Shown here piece after piece: positions 42,101-54,313 of a DNA stretch of 64,000 nt. The notes under the pieces were generated by a model. It made no database searches and was not told where the DNA came from. It worked only from the letters and a program-made list of their open reading frames with translations. Source of the DNA: Zygnema circumcarinatum SAG 698-1b (lineage: Eukaryota; Plantae; Zygnematophyceae); the NCBI GenBank assembly GCA_037447605.1, contig CM074815.1:2542001-2606000 (forward strand). The letters run 5' to 3'. The position numbers and the translations under genes were made by a program. Each line of letters begins with the position of its first letter. Within the stretch, counting starts at the first letter, position 1.

Positions 42101-44781
42101 TATCGAGTTTTTTGCTGTTTTTGGGCAGTCGTTAGGTTGGGAACGGGACTGGAAGCAGAAGCTAGAGCCGGAGTCTCCCCGCCTCCTCTCCCACTCTTGC
42201 TCTCCCCTCTCTCCCTCTCTCCCACTCCCCACCCACTCCGTTCTCTCTCTTCCCGGAAATCGATCAGGAATGGAAAATATCCAAAGCCGTAGGAATGTTG
42301 GAAAATTGCAATTACGGACTTGGTTCAAAATTCGATCCAAATGGGGTATATGGGTGTGTGCAGGTTTCTGGGAAGCCGATAAAGTTTGTGGGAGAGGGTG
42401 AGGGTATGAGCGCTCTTGAGCCCTTTTATCCCGACCGAATGGCTCAGCGCATTTTGGGGATGGGAGATGTTCTCACACTCGTCGAAAAAGCACAAGAAGC
42501 GGTGAACTTCGCCTCTCTAATTCTCAACCCCTCGTCCTCACTCCCCTTCCCTTTCCCCCTTCCCCCCCTTCTCTCTCGCTCTTTCTTTCACTCTTTCACT
42601 CCTTCCCTCCCCCCTCCCCCCCACCCCCTTTTCTCTCTCGCTCTCTTTCTTTCTCCCTCCCTCCCGCCCTCCCTCTCTCCCTCGTCTTCCCTCTCTCACC
42701 CTCCCTCTTTATCACTCCCTCCCTCCCGCCCGCCCCCTCCCCTCCCTCGCTCTCCCTCACTCTCCCTCCCTCTCACTCACTCCTTCCCTCCCTCACCTCC
42801 CTCTCCTCCCTCGTCCTCCCTCCTCCTCCCTCCCTTCCTCCTCCCTCCCTCCTCCCTCCCTCCTCCCTCCTCCCTCCCTCCTCCCTCCTTCCCTCCCTTC
42901 CCTTCCTCACTCCCTTCCCCTCCCCTGTTTGCTTCTCCCTGAGCAGATGGCTCAAGAGGACGCCCTCGCCCTCCAGAAGAAGATAATGGACTCAAAACTC
43001 GACTTTGATGACCTTTTGAAGCAGACTCAAATGATGTCCCGAATGGGCTCGCTCAGCGGAATTGCTAAACTTATGCCGGGATTGAACAAAGTAATTGATT
43101 TTTACTCTCTTCAGGGAATTTGTGTTTTTCGGAACCTTTTCATTAGAATTGGAATTAGAATTAGCTGGTTTTGAGCGGGTTTTTAGTTTGTTTGTTTTTT
43201 TTTTTTTTTTTTTTTGGTTTGTTTTTTTCTTGGTTTGTTTTTTAGAGCTTTCGGGTTCTTATTGTTTAGATGGTCCTTGGGGTCTTCAACAGTTTTTTGT
43301 TTTTTAGTTTTCTCCCCCTCATCCCCTTACCTCCCCCTTTGCTTTTTTCACCTCATTTTCACCTCCGGCAGTTGAGTCCGAAAGAGATTAAGGATGCAGA
43401 GAACAGCATGAGAGTGATGAAGTCAATGATCAACTCCATGAGACCAAGTACGTAAATTCTCTCCGTAACATAGTATAAAGTTTCCGTATAAAGTGAAGTT
43501 AAAAGCTGAAATGTACTGATTAGCCCTGATTAGTTTTTCCCTTCTCTTTAAATCTCATTTCATTTATCTTTTCATTATTTTTGCTCCAAATTTAACTTTG
43601 AAATTTGCGAAATGCGAAGTGCTCAAATTTTTTTTTTTTTTTTGTGTGGGCGTAGTCGAGAGACGGAATCCGGAATTGCTCGCGGAATCGCCGAAAAGGA
43701 GACGGAGAATTGCAAATGGATCGGGAAGAACACAAGAGGAGGTGAGAGAGCAGCTCTGACACTCCCTCCCTCCCTCCCTCCCTCCCTCCCTTCCTTCACC
43801 CTCTCCACCTCCTCCAACTTCCTCGCCCCCCCCTCCCTCCCCTCGTCCTCCTTCACCCTCTCTCTCTTCTTCGTCCTCCCTCTTCCCTCCCTGCCACGGT
43901 TCGTCCCGTACGCACTCCATCCCACCCAGCCTCCCTCCCTCTCTCTCCCCTCCCACTCTTTCTCTCCTCCCGCTCTCCCTTCCCTCCCTCTCTCCTACCC
44001 TCCCCTTATCTTTTGTGCCTCTCTCCCTCCCTATCGCCCTCCCTCCTCCCACTCTCTCGTCTCCCTCCGGCCATCCTTCCCTTCTGGCCTCTCTCCGTCC
44101 CTCTCCTCTCCTTGTCACTCCCTCCCCCCCTCCCTTCCTCCCTCCCTCCTTTCCTCCCTCNNNNNNNNNNTCCCCCCCTCCCTTCCTCCCTCCCTCCTTT
44201 CCTCCCTCCCTCCCTCCCTCCCTCCCTCCCTCCCTCCCTCCTTCCCTCCCTCAAATCGATTCCGCAAATTTGAAAGAAAGAGAGAAAGTCCAGCGAGAGG
44301 GGGGGGGAGACGACCCATTGGTTCGAACATTTTTTTTTTTTTTTTTTCCTCTCTCTCCCCCCCCTACCACTATCCGGGCAGGTCTCAGCTTTGGTCTCCC
44401 AACTTTTTTCTGCCCGCGCGCGCATCAAAAGCATGACTTCGGGCGGAGGCTTCCCCGGACTGGAGGGCGCAAAGCAGGTCCGGCTCCCCCAATTTTTTTT
44501 TTTTTTTAACTTTATTTTTTTCCTTCTTCCTTTTCTTTTTTAAACTTTCTTTCCAGAAGATGTTCTTTTCTTTAGCTCGTTTTTTTTTCTCTCCTTTTCT
44601 CCTTCTCGCCTTTTCGTTTTTCGGAAAAGCTGTCTGACATATTTTATATTATTTGATATTATTTTTTAAAAATTCTTACAGGCGTTTTTCAATGCCATTT
44701 TTTTTTTTTGGGCAGGCGTCTCCCGGAAAGGCGAAGAGAAAGAAGTCTCGCGGATTTGGAGAGCTGTTGGCTTCTAAGTAG
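36145..44781 (+). CDS. cpSRP54: Chloroplast signal recognition particle 54-kDa subunit (cpSRP54/Ffh); ~14 exons
   Basis: Transit peptide exon 36145-~36405, then [121 protein letters not shown]-domain, [12 protein letters not shown]. Stop TAG at 44779-44781. Confidence 0.96.
38751..38970 (+). repeat. Degenerate ~19-bp tandem repeat whose unit spans an exon/intron donor of cpSRP54
   Basis: Unit CAGCTCGTTAAA|GTAAGCA. The first copy includes the real exon end (38762). About 10 progressively decayed copies follow. Confidence 0.85.
41935..42030. repeat. 24-bp intronic tandem repeat (TTTTTTGGTTATTTGGGTTGTCGG) x~4
   Basis: Directly visible in a cpSRP54 intron. Confidence 0.85.
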
Positions 44782-45595
44782 GAATTTTTTTTTCTTTTTT
44801 AATTTGTAAAGGTCCATCTGAGAAATATCTTTCCATCCACCCTCGCGCCTTCCTTTCATTTTGTTCAATGATCAAATTCGCATTTTTATATTCACTGAGT
44901 TTTGAGGGAGAAGGAGAAGGCGACACGTGTCCAACCCGAGTCCATGGTCGACAGTTCCACAGTTCTACAGTTAAACTGAACAGCACAATTAGTAAGCCAT
45001 CTTTACTTCAGTATACAAACACATGTGCCAGTTTAACGGGAGCGTTAACGGAACAAACCCGCCTTTCTATTTGAGCCCGTATCTGATACAAATACGAAAA
45101 TATCTAACAACCCTAATCCCTTAAATCCTAATTTATAATCCTAGAAGGCCTACGACCGTTAAAGGAACCGCCAAACACTACCAATTGGCACGGCAGCCAA
45201 CCGTTGGCACCTCTGGGACCGTCGAGACCGTTAGGACCGGCGGTTCTCGGTGGACCCTGCCAAAACCCGTTCACACGTGTAGCGATTGGCTTATTGGCTA
45301 AGGTCAAGCCCGCCGGCCCAAGGCCGCTAGGTGTACGGTCGATCGGATCTTCCAGATCTGTCTTTTGGACTTTTGGGACTCCTGATTGGCGGAAGGAATT
45401 AAGGGCTGACAATGCGACGCTACATGAGGGGCTTATTTTTTGTCCGATTGTGATATCCGTTTCATTTTGACGTTTATGCTTGACAGCATCTGCGCAAAAT
45501 CTGCGCCGTACAGATGCTATTTCAGTTTTCCTAAACTAATGTAGATATCAAATTTAGATATTATATTTGGAATTATTTTACGAAAGTACTATTTA

Positions 45596-46511
45596 CAGTA
45601 GGGGGTGTCAGACTTAACAAAATCTTACGAAAAGCGTTACGAAAAAAAAGGTTACGAAAGTACTCCGCCTCAGCAGGATCGCGATTATACTGGAGTACTC
45701 GTTCTGATGTCAAACTTACGAACACGCGTACTGAAATTTTTTAAGTCTGACACCCCCTAGTGTCCTTTTTCTGAAAAGAGTCACGTTTTCGCCGGGCAGC
45801 TTGTACAAAGGATGTTTTAGCGAAATATGCTGTTTCATACTTTTCAGAATAGATACAGACCGTTTTTCGTCGGGTGTACGGATGGTGATTTGAATGTACG
45901 AAGCGCGCGCGTCTACAAGGTATAAGGGCGCAACACGTGGAGTGACATGATTGGTCGCGGCAACAAATGACGTGACAAGTATGTTTGGGACCGTGACGTG
46001 ACGAAACGAGCCGCGAAAAAAAGGGTCCGCGGAATCAGTTTCTCAGTTTTAATTCCCGCCATTTCCGACTGCCGTCCGTGGACCCCTTTTTTCGCGTCTC
46101 GTTTCGTCACGTCACGGACCCAAACATACTTGTCACGTCATATGTTGCCGCGACCAATCATATCACTCCACGTGTTGCGCCCTTATACCTTGTAGACGCG
46201 CGCGCTTTGTACATTCAAATCACCATCCGTACACCCGACGAAAAACGTCTGTATCTATTCTGAAAAGTATGAAACAGCATATTTCGCTAAAACATCCTTT
46301 GTACAAGCTGCCCGGCGAAAACGTGACTGTTTTCAGAAAAAGGACACTAGGGGGTGTCAGACTTAAAAAATTTCAGTACGCGTGTTCGTAAGTTTGACAT
46401 CAGAACGAATACTCCAGTATGATCGCGATCCTCCTGCGGCGGAGTACTTTCGTAACCTTTTTTTTCGTAACGCTTTTCGTAAGATTTTGTTAAGTCTGAC
46501 ACCCCCTACTG
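45596..46511. mobile_element. 916-bp foldback (palindromic) element, arms ~438 bp, 41-bp spacer, each arm starting with a 167-bp self-inverted module
   Basis: 45596-46033 is the reverse complement of 46075-46511 with few mismatches. Ends are TA|CAGTAGGGGGTGTCAGACTTAA..TTAAGTCTGACACCCCCTACTG|TG. Noncoding. Confidence 0.85.
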
Positions 46512-47294
46512 TGAATAGAACTTTCCTTATTTTATCGCAAGATGGAGGAACCACGAGGAACCGGTCGTAAAAACGATAGTCTAGAACGAGTAACTCTAAA
46601 ATCTGAAAACTAGGGCGAGATATTTCAATAGCACCGTACGCGTTTCGTTTGCACATTTGTCGACGTTTTCCGTATACCGCTCAATTCAATTTCTTTTTCG
46701 GAAAGACCAGACATCAAATTATTTTGGTCGATCACAGATCCCGTGGCGTTTGAGAAACTTTATCATGTGTTCACTTCGCGACAGTATAAAGCTGTATGAA
46801 CGATAGAAAAGACAAATTACCGTACAACTTGACAATTGTCCAGAACTGAAACATCTTATATTTCGTACAAATCATTGAATGAGTTGAAACCCACTGAGGC
46901 CATCGGTCAATCGTTCAATCAGGGCGCACCTCAAACGATCTCAGCCAATCAAAGCAGCCCTAAAATTACTATTAAAAAATAAAATCAGTTCAAAATTGCT
47001 CTGTCGATTGGATGTACGGCAGACCAGATACAGGTGCTCGGGCGGCAACACCTGTCCCGCCATTTTCGGCGTCATCTGCTGCCGTACCATACGGAGACGC
47101 ACGTACTGTACAAATCTTTCGCTTGGATTTATTCGCTTTGTCATAAACCGCCAGTCCGTCGAGCTTCCACCAATCGTACGGTTTTGTCCATTTGTAACCG
47201 CTTCAGCAGCTGATCCAACCGTCATCAACTGCCATGCCGACGTCATTCTCGTACAAAGTGCCGCCTCGGATCCCGAAGAGCTGCAGCGTTCGTA

Positions 47295-47461
47295 CAGTAG
47301 GGGGTGTCAGACTTAACAAAATCTTACGAAAAGCGTTACGAAAAAAAAGGTTACGAAAGTACTCCGCCGCAGAAGGATCGCTATTATACTGGAGTACTCG
47401 TTCTGATGTCAAACTTACGAACACGCGTACTGAAATTTTTTAAGTCTGACACCCCCTAGTG
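47295..47461 (+). mobile_element. Solo 167-bp MITE-like module (third copy)
   Basis: Near-identical to 45596-45762. It has a 19-bp perfect internal inverted repeat, TAGGGGGTGTCAGACTTAA. Confidence 0.85.
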
Positions 47462-48325
47462 GCCATGTCTTGTACATTTCCTGACGTAAGCTGTTTCAGA
47501 TGCCGTCATCACCATACCTCGCGCATCCAGCGTGCTTTTGAACGCTGGATAGAACAGTCCATCACATGTAGCGGCCCAAAATCCGGCAGTTTTATTGGCT
47601 TGACGACGTCATGTCGTACCTGCTCTATGTCATTCTTTGCTATATGACGTCATCATTGCCGTAGTTGCCCGCGCCAAACTTGGGAAATATTTGGATAGGA
47701 TATTTGATCGACCAATCAGCAGTCGCCAATCGTCCATGTTGACTCAAATTTGTCGTCTAGTTCAATTCTGTCGGTTCATGCGCGGCCGCCGCCGTCGCCC
47801 ATCTCTCAAAAAAGTTTCAAAAAAATGACAAAAAAAAGAATTATGACCATAGATAATGTTTTCAGAAAATTTCAATTTGACATGGTCGACCAAGAATGGA
47901 ATATTTTCAGTACAAACTTTTTTTCTCGGTCCCTCAGATGACATTCCAAATAAAAGTACGGTGATTTTTTAACATTGAATTGCTTTTTGCGTATATTCGT
48001 TCCGTAGATCCGCTTCTGAACATCAAAATAAAAGACATTTCTGGTCCCTCAGGCGGCATTGAAACTTTCAACACCTCCAGGAAAAAAATTGAAATTTTTG
48101 GATCCGACTTCGAAAGAAAGAATTTTTTTCTTGACAATTTCTCTTTTCGCTTTGCAGACGTTTCCAGTTCCAGTATCAGTAAAATGGTCCAGCTGGCAGA
48201 TTTTGTCGCAAGTGCACTTCACATGGCGACAAAGCCCCGACAGCACAACCGACAAAAACTCCCGCTTGGCCGCACCGATTGGCATCAAAATTGAAGTCCA
48301 CGCCTCCGCAACGTGCCAAACAGGA

Positions 48326-51300
48326 AATGATCGCCGCGCCTCGTCCGTACATTCCGGGCGAGAAAGACGGCTCACCGCTTGACCTGCACGCCTTTTTGTC
48401 GGTTCGAATACGTGTCAATGTACGGATTGGGAGTGAACCGCAAGTTCTCTCCCTCCCCCCCTTCCTCCCTCCCTCCCTCACTCCCTCCCTCCCTCCCTCT
48501 CTCCCTCTCTCTCTCTCTCCCTCCCTCTCTTCCACTCTCTTTATCCGGCACAAAATATCCGATCTGCCTCTATCACCATCTCTCCTACAGCCCCTTTTGT
48601 TTCTCCTCCTTCCATATCAGCCTCTATCAACCTCCCTCCCTCTGTCTGTCTCTCTCTCTCCCTCTCCTCCCTCTATTTCCCCTTCACTCGTCTTCCCTCG
48701 ATCTCTCTCTATTCCTTCCTCTCTCACACTCTCCCCCTTATTCCACTCAACCGACCCACTCTCCTTCTCCTCTCGTTTTCCTTCCCCCTCTTCCCTCCCT
48801 CCCTCTGCGATGTGTCCAAATCCCACTCCTTCCACCGGCCGCCCTCCCCCATCTCCGTGCTGCCCCGCCCCCTCCATGGCCCCATCCTCCGCCATTTCCA
48901 TCCCCCTCACCGTCTCCATTCCCCCCACTGCCCCTCCCTCTCCCTCCCCCTCTCCCTCCCCCTCCTCCTCCCCCCCTATCTCAAAATCTTGGCGAATCCA
49001 CCCTCTCTGGAGCCCCATCTTCTCCTCCACCTCCGCCTCCTCCACCTCCTCCTCCTCCTCCTCTACCCTATTTAGTTCGATCTCCGCAGCGGGTGTCGAG
49101 ATACCGAGCTCGGAGGTGCGCGTAGGGGAGCAGTTCGCTACGGGCACCTTCGGGCGCCTCCTCCGCGGCGAGTACAGGGGGGAGATGGTGGCGGTGAAGG
49201 TGCTGACGGAGATAGAGGCGGGAGGGGGCAGCTCAAGAGGGAGGGAGGGCACAATGAGCGCTGCGGAGAAGCATTTCGCGCATGAAGTGGCGATGCTGGC
49301 GCAGCTCTCACATCCAAACGTGCTCAAGGTAGGAAAAATTGACTTCACTTCACTTTATGTCTCTCATTCTCTCTCTCTCTCTCTCGCCCCTCCCTCTCTT
49401 CTCTCTCTTAAGCCTCACTGCTTGCACTTTTTCTCCCTCTCTCTCTCTGCCTCTCTCTCTCGCCCTCTCTCTTTCCCCCCCTCTCCCCCCTCTCTCTTTC
49501 CCCCTCTCGCTCCCCCCCCTCTCTCTCTCTCTCTCGCGCGCTCTCTTCATCCTCCCTTTCTGCTTTCGCCTCCTCCCTTTTCCTTCAGAACCTTCATGCG
49601 AAACATCATGTATGTCTGTCACGTCCGCCGTATGGCCCTCACCGCGATCACATCCATGCATCCATCCATCCATGCATCCATCCATCCATCCATCCATCCT
49701 TCCATCCATCCATCCATCCATCCACCCATCCATCCATCCATCCATCCATCCATCCATCCATCCACCCATCCATCCATGCATCCATGCATGCATGGCCATG
49801 TCATACCCATGCCTCAACGAGTCCACGCTGTTCCATGTGCGCGCAGTTCGTGGGCGTGTGCCAGCACCTCTCCCGCACGTGCGTCGTGACGGAGTTTCTG
49901 GCGGGCGGCGACCTCCGCGCCTTTCTCCAAAAGCGCTCGCGGCTCCCCGCGGCGACAGCTGTCGGCATCGCATTGGACGTCGCGCGGGGGATGGAGTACC
50001 TCCACTCAAAGGTCGAGGGACCTCCCCCATTCAACCACCATTCAACCACCATTCAACCAATCACCTCACGCCCCCTTACAAAATAGCTTCTTGGCTTCGG
50101 AGTCTGTTTGAAAATTTGATTATTGAGCAAATATGTTTCGTTAAGAAAGACCCCAAAGAGGTAAGAACAAAACAAGAAAAAATTAGTCATCCAATAGAGA
50201 TTGCAAGCTCTGACAGGCCGTCTATATTCTGTTGGGACACGTGGCATGCAGGGAGTGGTCCATCGCGACTTGAAGCCTGACAATGTCATATGCTCCGACT
50301 CGGGCGTTTGGAAAATTGCGGATTTTGGCATCGCTCGGTTGGAAGGGCAGCCGCAGGACATGACCGCGGAGATGGGCACCTTCCGATGGATGGCGCCCGA
50401 GGTACAGAAAACGACAAAACGGGTTCTGTGCAAGGAACAGCGTTGCTGTGAAAGGTTCCGTTTGTTGTCTGATGTAACACGGAAAGGGTTATTGAGGACA
50501 TTTGGAGTTACTTGTGATCAAATGAACTGACATGTTCTATGTTGTGACGGAAACAGGTCATCATGTGCAAGCCGTACAACCGAAAAGTGGACGTGTACAG
50601 TTTTGGAATGCTATTGTGGGAGCTCCTCTCCGGAGAAGTTCCGTTCCGGGAGATGAGCACCGTTCAGGTCGCCTTCGCCGTGGCCAACAAGGTGAGGCTA
50701 GAAGAGCATCAGATAGATATCTTTCTCTCCTCCCCCTCCCCCCTCCCCTCCCCTCCCCTCCCCTCCCCTCCCCTCCCCTCCCCTCCCCCCTCCCCCTCCC
50801 CTCCCCTCCCCTCCCCCCCTCCCTCCACTCCTCCCCCTCCCCCTCCCCTCCCCTCCCCTCCCCTCCCCTCCCCCTCCCCTCCCCTCCCCTCCCCCTCCCC
50901 TCCCCTCCCCTCCCCTCCCCCTCCCCCTCCCCTCCCCTCCCCTCCCCCCTCCCCCTCCCCTCACCTCCCCTCCCTCCCCCTCCATTCCCCTCCCTTCCCC
51001 TCCCTCCCCCTCCCTCCCCCTCCCTCCCCTCACCTCCCCTCCCCCCTCCCCTCCCCTCCCCCCTCCCCTCCCCCCTCCCCTCCCCCTCCCCTCCCCCTCC
51101 CCTCCCCCCTCCCCTCCCCTCCCCTCCCCCTCCCCCCTCCCCTCCCCTCCCCCCTCCCCTCCCCTCCCCCTCCCCTCCCCTCCTCCCCCTCCCCTCCCCC
51201 TCCCCTCCCCTCCCCTCCTCCTCCCCCTCCCCTCCCCTCCCCCCTCCCCTCCCTCCACTATCCCAACCCTTCCCAGCTCCTCCCTGACCTCTGTCCGCCT

Positions 51301-51525
51301 CGTTCCATGCAGCAAATCCGTCCCCCGATCCCCGACACGTGTCCTCCCGATTTGGCGAATTTGATAAAGCAGTGTTGGCACGCGACGCCCTCTCGCCGTC
51401 CCGAGTTCAGCGCCGCGGTGGCCGCCCTGGAGGGAATGGCGGGCGGCCCGGCCGCGGCCAATGGGGGACTCAAAAAGTTGGGTCGGTTCTATAGTCTATT
51501 TTTGCGTTCCCAAAAGGCCACGTAG
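48326..51525 (+). CDS. Group-C Raf-like MAPKKK (STY/HT1/RAF36-like) protein kinase; start codon uncertain (48326 or ~48810)
   Basis: [43 protein letters not shown]|[17 protein letters not shown]|[51 protein letters not shown]|[19 protein letters not shown]. Stop TAG at 51523-51525. Confidence 0.9.
49653..49790. repeat. (CATC)n tetranucleotide microsatellite in kinase intron
   Basis: catccatccatcc.. visible directly. Confidence 0.92.
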
Positions 51526-52228
51526 GGTGGATTTTGACTCCACAAATTTTGACATCGATTTCGATTTGGAGATCGAGTTACTTATTTTTCGAGTGTATAG
51601 TTCGATTGCAGGATTTGCCCTGATTCGATTCGGGGAGAGAGAGGGGCCTGGAAAGGAGGGAGGCCGATTTTTATGTACGGAGAAAGGTCGTAGTTTTTGG
51701 ATTTTTTGTGAGGAAGAATGTAACACGGAAAATGCAAATAGAGAGAAGAGACGACGGCGATACGAGAGAGCAGACGAGTGAGAGAATGCGAGAGAGAGAG
51801 AGAAAGAGGGAGAAGGAGAGGAAGAAGAAAAAATGAAAGTAAAAAAGAAAGAGATAGAAAAAGAAGTAGAAATTCAAAATTTCGGTTGTGACGAAGATAG
51901 TCCTCGAATGGACAGGTCAGAATTCATTTTTGTAATCAATTTTTTTCCATTCGAAAGGACAAATTTTGTTGTTCGCTCCTGCTTAAAATTTCTTCGGATT
52001 TGTTTGTGCACATTAATTTTCGTCCTTCTTACACGAAAAGACCAATATGAAAGGACCAATCAGCATTCTCACATTTCCTTTTAAAATTTTACAAAAAAAT
52101 CGAGTTCCCTCTCCCCCACTTCTCCGTCATCCCAACCCCCTTCAACATCTAAAACCCCATTTACACCCCATTCCCTCCCTGCCTTCAATTTCTCCCCTCC
52201 CTATCCCCCCTATTTCCTTATACCCCAT

Positions 52229-54313
52229 TTAACCGTAGCACCTAATTGGATCCTTGCAGCCCTTTACCGCCGACTGCCCGGTCCCAAACCTCCCTCCCTT
52301 TGAGAGGTACTGCTGGTGGTAACTTTCCGCCGGGTAAAACTTTTCCGCCGGCTTCAATTCCGTCACAATTTTTCGCTGCCCGAGCTTCTCTTGCAGCTTT
52401 GCAAAAGACTCCTGCGCGATTCTTTCCTGTTCCGGGGAATAAAAATATACTCCTGACCGGTACTGCGTGCCCCAATCGTTGCCCTGCAACCCTCGTGACC
52501 ACTTGAAAACCTGTCAAAAAAAAATTCTACTTCTGGGAGGGTGGGGAGCGGAGGGGGGAGGGGGGCAAAGGGAAGGGGAAGAGGGAAGGTGGGAGGGAGG
52601 AAGGTGGAGGGGGAAGGAGGGAGGGGGGTAGGGGGGTGGGAGGATGAGGGAGGGGGAAGGGGGAGAGACAGCAGCCGCAGAGGGAGAGAGGGAAAGGCAG
52701 AGAGAGAAAGCGAGGAAGACGGAGAGGGAGAAAGGTAGAGAGAAAGGGAAAGAGAGAGAGGGAGAGGCAGAGAGAGAGGAAGAGGGAGAGGGAGGGAGGA
52801 AGCGAGAGGGAAAGACAGAGGGAGAGGCAGAGAGGGAGACCGAGAGAGTGAGAAGAGGGAAAGGACGAGAAGGGGGGTAGGAAGAGAGGTCGAGAAACCG
52901 TGACCTTCAATCACCCCCAACCTCCCATGTCCCTCTCACTCTGATAGAGATTACCAAAAGCATACCTATGCGGACGCTTAATCCCTCACACAGAGCCAAA
53001 CCCCAATTTCTAACCCTAATCCGTCCAGGACCTTGAAGTGTGGTTCGAACCACCCTCCAGCCACATAAGGCTGCGGTAAGTTCTAAAGACTGAAACCCTA
53101 ACCCTAATTCCAAATCCAACCCAAACCCTATTCCTGACACTAGAAAAAACCCAATATTACCCTCCCTAATCCCCCGCCTCACTCCCCCACTCGCACCCCT
53201 CTACCTCTTCGCCCTTCCCCCTCCCCTCCCCCCTCCCCACCCTCTCGTCCCCNNNNNNNNNNACCCGTACGGCCTCCGTGTGGCCGGTCGCGCCCGAGCA
53301 GACGGCGTCGTACGACGGGTCGGGCACGCGGCCCTGCGTGTACCCGACCTCCGTCCTGTACCCCATTTGCACCCCATATACTTAATAAACGGAAAACCTT
53401 TAGAGAGAGAGAGGGGGGGGGAGAGAGGGAGAGAGAGGGAGAGAGGGAGAGGGAGGGGGAGGGGGAGGGGGAGGGTAAGCGCACTCACTTGACGACACCT
53501 GGCACGCGCTGATAGGCCAGCTCGACCCCCCAGAAGCAGCCGGCGGCGAAAGTGGCGAATTCGAGGCCGGGTCCGGGCACGTCGTCATCGGGGCCGAGCG
53601 TGACGCTTGTCACGTCCGCCTCCGCCTGAGCCTTCGGGGAGCCGCCGAAGGAGGGAAACCACGAGGGCTTCTTCATGCCGACGCTCTGAGGGAGGGGGAG
53701 GGAAAGGAGGGAGGGAGAGAAGGAGGGAGGAAGGGAAGGAGGGAGCGAGGGGAATGAGGGAGAGAGGGGAATGAGGGAGAGGGAGGGAGAGGGAGAGGGA
53801 GAGGGAGAGGGAAAAGGAGATGGAGAAAGAGGGAGAAAGTGGAGGCGGAGTGAGGGAGGAGGAGTGGGAGTAAACAGCAGGCAGGATCATAGGGAGGGAG
53901 AGGGGGAGGGAGAGGGAGGGGAGAAATCACGCACACCGTCAGTACAGTCACATAAACTGAAGGAAATAAAAAAAGACAATGAAAGGTCTAAAAATACGAA
54001 TTGAAACAAGAGGCCAAATCTCATTAAAAAAAATTGAATGAAAAATAAAAAAATTCCTCAATGAAGAGAAAGACAAGCCAAAAAAACATAAAATATAAAA
54101 GCTCACCTGGAAAAAACTGGCGTACTGAATTTCAGATTTCCGGCGGGGGAAAATCTCCCCCCGGCTGCCCGTCACACGAGGTAACGATCGCCCAAAGAAC
54201 GACGCAGTTCCGTTGATAACTGTAACGGATTTCCGTGACAGAGAACCTCCCAACCCGACCAGAGAGGCCGCGGAAGCGCTCACTGACGAGGCCGCCACTG
54301 CTGACGTGGCCAT
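52229..54313 (-). CDS. msrA: Plastid-targeted peptide methionine-S-sulfoxide reductase A (one exon segment hidden by N gap)
   Basis: Ser/Ala-rich transit peptide ([12 protein letters not shown]..), [87 protein letters not shown]. Confidence 0.95.

Noticed and set aside
45030-45280. Cluster of AACGG/CCGTT (MSA/MYB-like) motifs
   Set aside because: Only one good consensus match, located 3' of cpSRP54 with no linked cell-cycle gene.
46345-47461. CACTA transposon with CACTAG..CTAGTG ends
   Set aside because: The flanks (GGA/GCC) give no 3-bp TSD and there is no transposase ORF. The ends are better explained as module copies.
53253-53262. MsrA apparently missing the QYDP..HDPT segment (pseudogene?)
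   Set aside because: The reading frame runs into a 10-N assembly gap exactly where this segment belongs.
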